DNA of 64,000 nt, taken from contig CATNEN010000007.1 in the NCBI GenBank assembly GCA_950097015.1, positions 11,408,001 through 11,472,000 of the forward strand, in the 5' to 3' direction. Positions 57,127-64,000 of this stretch are shown piece after piece. The notes below the pieces were generated by a model. The model worked only from the letters and a program-made list of their open reading frames with translations. It had not been told where the DNA came from and made no database searches. Positions within the stretch are counted from its first letter, which is position 1, and each line of letters starts with the position of its first letter. The DNA is from Macrostomum hystrix (Eukaryota; Animalia; Platyhelminthes). The position numbers and the translations under genes are program-made.

Positions 57127-58161
57127 TCAAGCAGCGTTTTCCAGTCTAGACTCAGCTGCTCGCTCTGCTGCGTGGCGAGCACCTGCAGCGGACACGCCAG
57201 ACAGGGCGTAGTTGCCGCCCTCAGATGCACCCAGCCGAGGGCTCAGATTGCAGCATGTAAAAATGAAACGCCTAAAGCCCGGCACAAAAATGAAGAATAT
57301 GATAGGGTTCACCAAGCTGTTCATTGTGACCAAGAAGGAGTCCAAGAGTTGTACGAACCGCGAGCCCAACGGGTCGCCAGTGACAGAGCCCATAAGGAAC
57401 AGCAGGGAGTCCAGGGCGAAGAGGGCCACAAAGGCGCAGCAGGTCACCCCGGAGGTGATGGTCAGTCGCTTGGCCGCAGAGCTGATGTTCCTATTTCCGC
57501 TCGCCTGAATCGATTTGGATCTCATCAGCTTGACAATGATTGCCGAATAGGTGCTTATAAACGTCAGGGTAGGGAAAATCCACAGTATCAGGAAGTTGGC
57601 CACACCAAAGGCGCTTAGCTGCTGCCGGTTGTAGTACTTGTAATTGCAGTACTTTTCCAATTTTCTAGTATCATTAGCTCCCTTCAACAGCCGCAAACTA
57701 TAGGGAGCAAACGTTGTACAGTAGGGAACGTGAAAGAAACACAAAGACGACGCCACCAGACAGATGAGGCACCGTAGCGTGCGCTTGTGGTTCCGCTTGT
57801 ACCAGAGCGGGACGCACAGACAAAGACAGCGCTCAATGGACAGTGAAACCAGGTTGTACACGCTCATGGTAACAAACGACCAGTACAGTAGCTGGCTAAA
57901 CACCAGGCGGCACTCGAATTCCCAGGCCAGATCTGAAGAGGATTGATTCGGCTTCGGCACAACGTACTCACGGAATTGCAGGAACAGAATGTTCGTAGCG
58001 ATGACAATCAAGTCCAGCACCGACTGGCTCCTAAACAGCGCAGCGCAGGCTTGGGTTCCAATCTTCTCCTTGAACGTGTACGCGATGAACACGGCATTGA
58101 AGAGACAGGCCGCAGACTCAACAGTGACCTCCGCAATCTTGAAGGCGCTTTTCAGATCCAT
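57127..58161 (-). CDS. Intronless rhodopsin-class orphan GPCR (344 aa)
   Basis: Seven hydrophobic segments: TM1 FN, TM2 QSVLD, Cys at the top of TM3, SLSIERC (DRY variant), TM5 FP...Y and TM7 NSLVNPIIF. Confidence 0.9.
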   Translation of the reverse strand: MDLKSAFKIAEVTVESAACLFNAVFIAYTFKEKIGTQACAALFRSQSVLDLIVIATNILFLQFREYVVPKPNQSSSDLAWEFECRLVFSQLLYWSFVTMSVYNLVSLSIERCLCLCVPLWYKRNHKRTLRCLICLVASSLCFFHVPYCTTFAPYSLRLLKGANDTRKLEKYCNYKYYNRQQLSAFGVANFLILWIFPTLTFISTYSAIIVKLMRSKSIQASGNRNISSAAKRLTITSGVTCCAFVALFALDSLLFLMGSVTGDPLGSRFVQLLDSFLVTMNSLVNPIIFFIFVPGFRRFIFTCCNLSPRLGASEGGNYALSGVSAAGARHAAERAAESRLENAA

Positions 58162-59628
58162 GAGCTAGCGAAGCAACGGGTCCACGACCAGTAGCGAAGC
58201 GGCGCTTAGTTCTAAAATGTGATTTTGATTTTGGCTCGTGTTTTAATTCGCTTAAAGACGGCTCTGATTCGTTAGTTTGGGGGCTAAAAAGGAAGTTCAA
58301 AGTAGAACTCTTTGAGTTAATGTTTTTCGGAATTCACTTTTCAATTAATTGAAGCGGTACCATCGCACTCAATGACCTGCGCTGCACGATGCAGTTGAGA
58401 AAAAAGAACGAATTCAGCAGATAAAAACTCTGAATAAAAAGTTAAAAAATCTGACTTGCTTTTTTGTAATTTTAGATGAGTCATAAAAAAGCAAGCTGGG
58501 TTAGAAGTTTCCAGTTTCAGACTATATAAAAAGCTCAAGAAGCCGAGGCTGATTCCCACTGATGGCGCCAGGTGAGCTTCTAACACTGCATCAAGTGCTA
58601 TGCGCGGAGAAAAATTTTAGAGCAAATTGCCAGCAGCTTTCATTTCCTATCGAGGTGTTTTTCTATTAGGCAAACTTTTAAACACTTACGTACGTACTTA
58701 CACAGATGTCGCTCTGGATTGATTTTGAGTTGTTCGGTGATCTTTCACTAAAACAAAATTAATTCCACTTTGAATTTACGGGGTCAGCTATGCGAACAAG
58801 AGTTCGTACTCCAGATGACTTTAGGACTCTAGGAGCTTCTCTGGCCTAAACACATGAAGCCTGGGTGGGTGCTGAACGAGCCCCTTATAAGGCTTGGCCA
58901 GCTGGGGTGTTCGCAGCTGCCACTTAATATCAGATTCCAAATTTACCTTTTCGATACTTTAGTTTTATTGACCATGCTGTTGTATGGTCATGTTTTGGAC
59001 TTGCTTCTCTAAGAGAGTGCTTCTATAAGACTTCTATTTTTATGTTTTCATACATTTTCTACACATTTTTACAATATTCTGGCTCTCTCTATAGATGTTT
59101 AAAACCATTTAAAGGTGAGTTGATTGCCGAAGAGAAAGAGCTAGTGCCATTGTGAAGAAGCACAGAGCGGGCAGTGTACATGTTTTTACGCCATCGCGTG
59201 TTTTTTAACTCGTTATTAAGCATTCTAAAAAAAGCATGCCATGCCTAAAACTCGGAAGACATGGCTTGAAAGGACGAAGCGTCTGTTAAAAAAATATGAA
59301 GTCAGTTTCGCCAAAGAAAAGCTGTTCCAAGACGACAAGATGAGCGGAAAAACAAGATTCGATTAGTTAAAGCTAAAAAAGACCAGCAACTGTGAGCAGA
59401 AAGTCTGGGTATTATCATCAATATGATTTTAACAATTCCAGCTGATTGATTCTGAAGATCCAAAATTCAAGAATTGTCGAAGGTTTTAACGAATGTACGT
59501 AGAAAGAATATTCTGAATTGAATAAGTCGGGTTTTTTATTAATGCACAGTACTTTTATGAAGCGATAGTCACAAAAATGTTTGCTCGCACTTCCACAAAT
59601 TGCGAGAGACCGTATCAATTATCGGAGA

Positions 59629-61214
59629 TCAAGTCTGCTCGGTCGGCAGCAGCGACTCCAGTTCTTCTGTTCTAGCGTCTTCTTCGTCGTCGTCTACCTC
59701 TGTCAACTGCATCGCCATCGGCAGAGCCACGAGCTTATGGTATGCTGAGCAGGCTAGGAGAAAGAGAAGCGCCACCATGTGATAAAAGTACGAGTACATG
59801 CGGGGCGCCTCGCTGACCGGCACCGAGGCGGAGATGATTAGCAGGGCGATGCGACTGAACAGGTTTGACAAGCCCCATACCGTGAACATGATGCCCATGA
59901 CAAGTGACTCGGCACCTTTAGGCATGATCTGCTGGCTCACATCGTAGGCACCTGTCATGAGTAGCACCTCCGTGATGGCGTCCACAACTGACGCCACAGT
60001 ATAAACTGCAACCCCCGTCGCTGAACTAGTTCTTCCGACAGCCGTGAAGATCATGAGGCCCACCGAAACTGCAGCTTCAAGTAGAACCCCGAGCTGCATG
60101 CGTGGCCCAATCGGCAGCTGGCGCCTGCTGAGCGAGGCTGCAATGATCAGAGCCAGACAGCTGACCAGCATTGCAGAAAGGTTCAGCATTTTTGGCGAAA
60201 CAGAAAAATGACCATTCTTGTTTTCCGTTACGTTAAGGTAGAAGTTAATCTCGATTTCGTATACCATTGGCCTGGTGTCGGCGACTGTGAAAAGAAACAA
60301 AATAAGACCACAGAATATTAGAAAGTATCGCTTCAACCTACGCCGGTGTGGCATTTGAAATGACTCCTGACTGAATTGACCAGCAGGTACAAGAAATGAC
60401 AATACCAGATATAGAATGCTGATGCCAATGTAAATTATTGAAGAATTCGGACCCAGCGACTCGTTTTTGTTTAACGGCATCAGCTGAAATGCGATCAGTT
60501 CTCCAGCAACGGCCATTGAGTAGTATATATTGCAGACACGATAGTGCATTGCCTATGCTTTTTGAACCAGCTGAATATGCAATATAGTATACTAGATTGG
60601 TTGAGCCCGAAGAAGACTGGTAGAAACAGCCACGTGATTATAATAAATGGTGAAGCGTAGCACATCAGGCCCAGGTACACTGACACTGCCAGGAGGATGG
60701 TCGACATCAGCATCACGCAGCCGCCAATCTGCAGGACTCGGACACAGCCGAGGTAGGCACTCGCCAGCAGTCCACCGAGAATCGGCAGCATGTATCGCGA
60801 AGTGTAAATCCACGACGTCACAGACGCGAGCGAGCTGCTAGACCTCAGCTCATTGTTGTACTGGCAAGTTAAACTTTCATTCAAAGAATTGTGACTGCCC
60901 TTGACTGACACTGACAGATTGTTTTCCACCAGGTGAAAATCGGAGGGATTTTCGATTGTGAAAATCGGCTCGATAATCTTGGTGCACAGTTTCATCAAAC
61001 AGGTTACAAAAATGCCTCTCAGAGCCACTGAAAGCATTTTCTGAGCCTGCGCAGATTCGCTAACCGTCACAAGCCTGTAGCCGATCGGGTCTGCTTTGAC
61101 TGCAACTAGAGCGTTGATTTCACGATGGATTTCGCAATATTTCAAAATTTTCTCGCAGTGGATATTTAAGTTGCGCTCAAAGTGTAGAGCGAAGTATTTT
61201 ACTACCTGCGACAT
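59629..61214 (-). pseudogene. POT/PTR2 (SLC15-like) MFS transporter split by one frameshift near 60550 (pseudogene or assembly indel)
   Basis: YMLPILGGLLASAYLG (PTR2 signature-like), CNIYYSMAVAGELIA and QQIMPKGAESLVMGIMFTVWGLSNL lie in two overlapping frames, with many TM segments. Confidence 0.65.
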
Positions 61215-62117
61215 CTGCACAGACAGCAAGGTGAGTGCACCTTTTTAAAGGTACGGAGAGCGCTTAGTGTTCTAAACCTAGAATCAAGCTTTTGTATCTC
61301 TACAAAGCAGAGCGTATCAGTTGCCTTGCACACAGGACTGGACATACCACGAGACAGACAAGTTTCAAGCCTACATTTTTGCCATATACTCGTAGCTTTG
61401 TTATGCTCGGCAACCTTTACTTCGATCATATTCTCTTCGAAGCGTATTATGTTGCTGTAAGCGCTTTAGCCTTTCTTTCAGACCTTACATGCGAGCGTAA
61501 TAAATTTTAAACAGAAAAGTGTGCTACTGATAAATACAGTCTCGCATTTTCAGCGTATTATTTTAGACTTTTTGCTGCACCGCGCACAAGGATGATGAAG
61601 GATATGTGAAGGATATGAAGGAACCGTGGTTTGCGTTGGCGAGTTGCATAGGAAAATCCGGTTTTGTTCTGTTGCTCTTAACCATTATTAGATATAGTAC
61701 ATAGTATTGTATCAAAATACCAGAGTACCAAATACCAAATACCAAAGTACCAGTAAGCTTTGCAGTACCTGCTGATTTACTAGTATGTAGGTAAAGCATG
61801 AAAGCCTGATGAAATGTGCAAATATGAAAGCAGGTCAACTTTAGGTGATGGAATCCTAAGTTATATTCACATACGAGTGCCTCGTAGCTTATTTTAACAG
61901 ATTTTTACGAAATTTTACAAGACAAAACGTTCAAGTACGGGTTAATTGTCTACCAGGTGATCCGATCATCTAATGTGAAGGGTTAATTGTCTACCAGGTG
62001 ATCCGATCATCTAATATGATGAGTTAAGTTTAGCACCAGTTTATTTTTTCAAAAAGCATTTTTTTGCAAAAGCAAATCCGCACAGAAAAAAAAATTCTGC
62101 ATCGTCAGTGGCTGAAG

Positions 62118-63745
62118 TCAAGAGCTAGCACCATCCACAGCCTGCTGCTGCTGCTGCTGCTGCATGAAGGCCAGGTACTTAAGTTCATCCTCGGGCTTGC
62201 TAATCATTGCTCCAACGGCCCCGGTGTGACCGGTTTTTAGGAACTTCACATCAATTGATTCCTGTCGATGACAGAATGCAAGGTGAACAATGGAAACAAA
62301 GCTTCAATGTGCAACTGAACTGCGATTAAAAAGAAAGACAAACACTCACTCCAGTAAACAGACGCACGCTCTTCAGGATCTCTGACCGAATGAGCTCGTG
62401 GCGGAAGAAGTTGCCGCCCATGTACAGCTTGGGAATCTTTGAGGCCTGAGCGGCTATCGCCAGGTTGCTGAATGCGTTGTAGGCGAAGCTGAACACCAGA
62501 GAGTGTGCAATGTCCTCACGAGCTAGGTCAGACACTGAGGAGATTCGGCGAAGGTGAGGAAATCACTTGACGAAGAAGGATTCATTTTTTAATGACAGGC
62601 AACCCAAAGCATTAATCATAGCCTTACGCTTTTTGTCAGTGTCAATTACTTTGCCGAATGAAAAGATGGGCAGGTTCGGCGGAAACTGGCCGTACGGCGA
62701 GTTTGGGTCGTTGGCCAGGACGTCCTTGACTTCGGTATCAACGTTATTGCGCCTGCCGCGACTGGCAAGCTCCAGGATCTCATCATAGTCGTCAGTGCCG
62801 AGCAGCAGCTTGGCCAAGCCGAGGAAGCTGCGGCCGGCGAACCACAGGCCGCCCACCATGTCGGACATTCCGTTCTCCTCGATCTGAAAGTGAAGGTTCA
62901 GATTCTCCCATTTGACTAGTATTTATAAAAATTTTAAATTTGTTTCCCTAAACAAACCTTGAGAATGCCTCCACCGGATCCCATAAAAAGCATCATGCAC
63001 GGAAACTTCTGACCGTGCACCAGTTCTCCCATATCCCGCTTCGCTTTCAAGACGAGCTGCTTGATAAAGTTGTTGGACTCGAGTCCTTCTAGTTCGGACA
63101 TGTCGAGCTCGGGCTCCGGGTAGCAGATGTCCGCATCATCGCCGCAGCCGATGAGCCAGTGCGTGCCGCGGCCCTGCGTCAGGAACTCGTTGATGAACTG
63201 GATTCTGCGGAGAGAAACGTGGCAATCGATGTCCTTTTCAGTTCAAAACCATATGTGCGTCAGACGACCTACTAAAGTTACCTGAATGACATTCCTAAGC
63301 GGTAAACTATGCAGAGGCGTGGTCTTTTACTAGCGCCAACTAAGAAACAGCAGCACTCACTCGAGTCCCAGCTTCTCTTTGATCAGCTCTTTGTGGATGT
63401 CACAACCAGCGCCTGTCACGTGCAGCTTTGAGCCCGGCACCTGAACCACCATGCCCTTCTCTTTCAGGTAGTCCAGACCGGCCTCGAAGTGGGAGTTCTT
63501 GAACAGGGCGAAGTGCAGGTTGTAGTGCTCGTCATCCTTCACGGTGCTAAACAAGACCTTCGTCAGGGTGCAGCCTGTACGGTAAATGTGTGTTGGGCAC
63601 TATCACAATATCTATATCACTGCGTCACCAAAGTCTATAACAAATAGCTCATACCTCTGTCCAATCCACCGACAACTCCGACGCCCTCAAAGTGCGACTT
63701 CTTGACAGCAACAACCTTTTCTTCCAGCAGGAACTCTTGGCTCAT
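62118..63745 (-). CDS. Divergent type II (fumble-family) pantothenate kinase-like protein. Exons 63745-63655, 63574-63361, 63204-62958, 62883-62628, 62534-62350, 62261-62118
   Basis: Motifs in PanK order: GLDRGCTLTK, LHFALF, VTGAG, NEF...G, FPCMMLFMGSG, FLGLAKLLLG...ILELASRG...VD..VKDV, FSFGK, EDIAHSL, YMGGNF, GHTGAVGA. All introns are GT-AG and phase-consistent. Confidence 0.88.
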
Positions 63746-64000
63746 TCTAGGGCTTCTTTGCCTTGGCTGAAGTGCTTTCGTGAGTCTAGCTAAAATGGCT
63801 GCAAGCAAGTGTAGATTGCTGGTTTTACTGTCGATTTTATATAGAAAATGCGACTTAAAATCTGCATTCAGCTGCTCTTATCAGGTCGTCAGTGCCTGGG
63901 TCTTACCTGAAGCTCCACCTTCGGCTTATCAGTTTTGAGACTTCCAAAATTGTATTTGGGGTCTGGTGTAGAGAGGTGTGATTAGTGAAAGCAGCTCATT

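Overview
Eukaryotic (animal) genomic DNA with GT-AG spliced genes, GC-rich codons and many intronic or intergenic minisatellites. This pattern suggests a free-living flatworm such as Macrostomum (inference only). Genes from left to right: the 5' part of PRPF8 (minus, 7 exons visible); a small orphan gene (+); a synaptotagmin-like gene with a TM helix and two C2 domains (-); a DUSP8/16/puckered-like MAPK phosphatase (-); a secreted single-domain SUEL lectin (+); an ~817-aa orphan with RRM-like segments (-); an intronless rhodopsin-class GPCR (-); a frameshifted POT/SLC15-like transporter (-); and a divergent type II pantothenate kinase (-). Mobile and repeated DNA includes tRNA-headed CORE-like SINEs, an internally deleted Ty3/Gypsy element nested in a decayed RNase H-bearing LINE, a P-element-type excision footprint and a 9.4-kb higher-order satellite. 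Three observations stand out. (1) Two identical box C/D snoRNAs sit in the PRP8 locus with a U6 C62 guide (SNORD94-like). (2) 22 perfect AP-1 sites cluster across the DUSP locus. (3) A 37-bp P-type footprint carries an 8-bp TSD. All exon coordinates were derived by hand from splice signals and reading phase.
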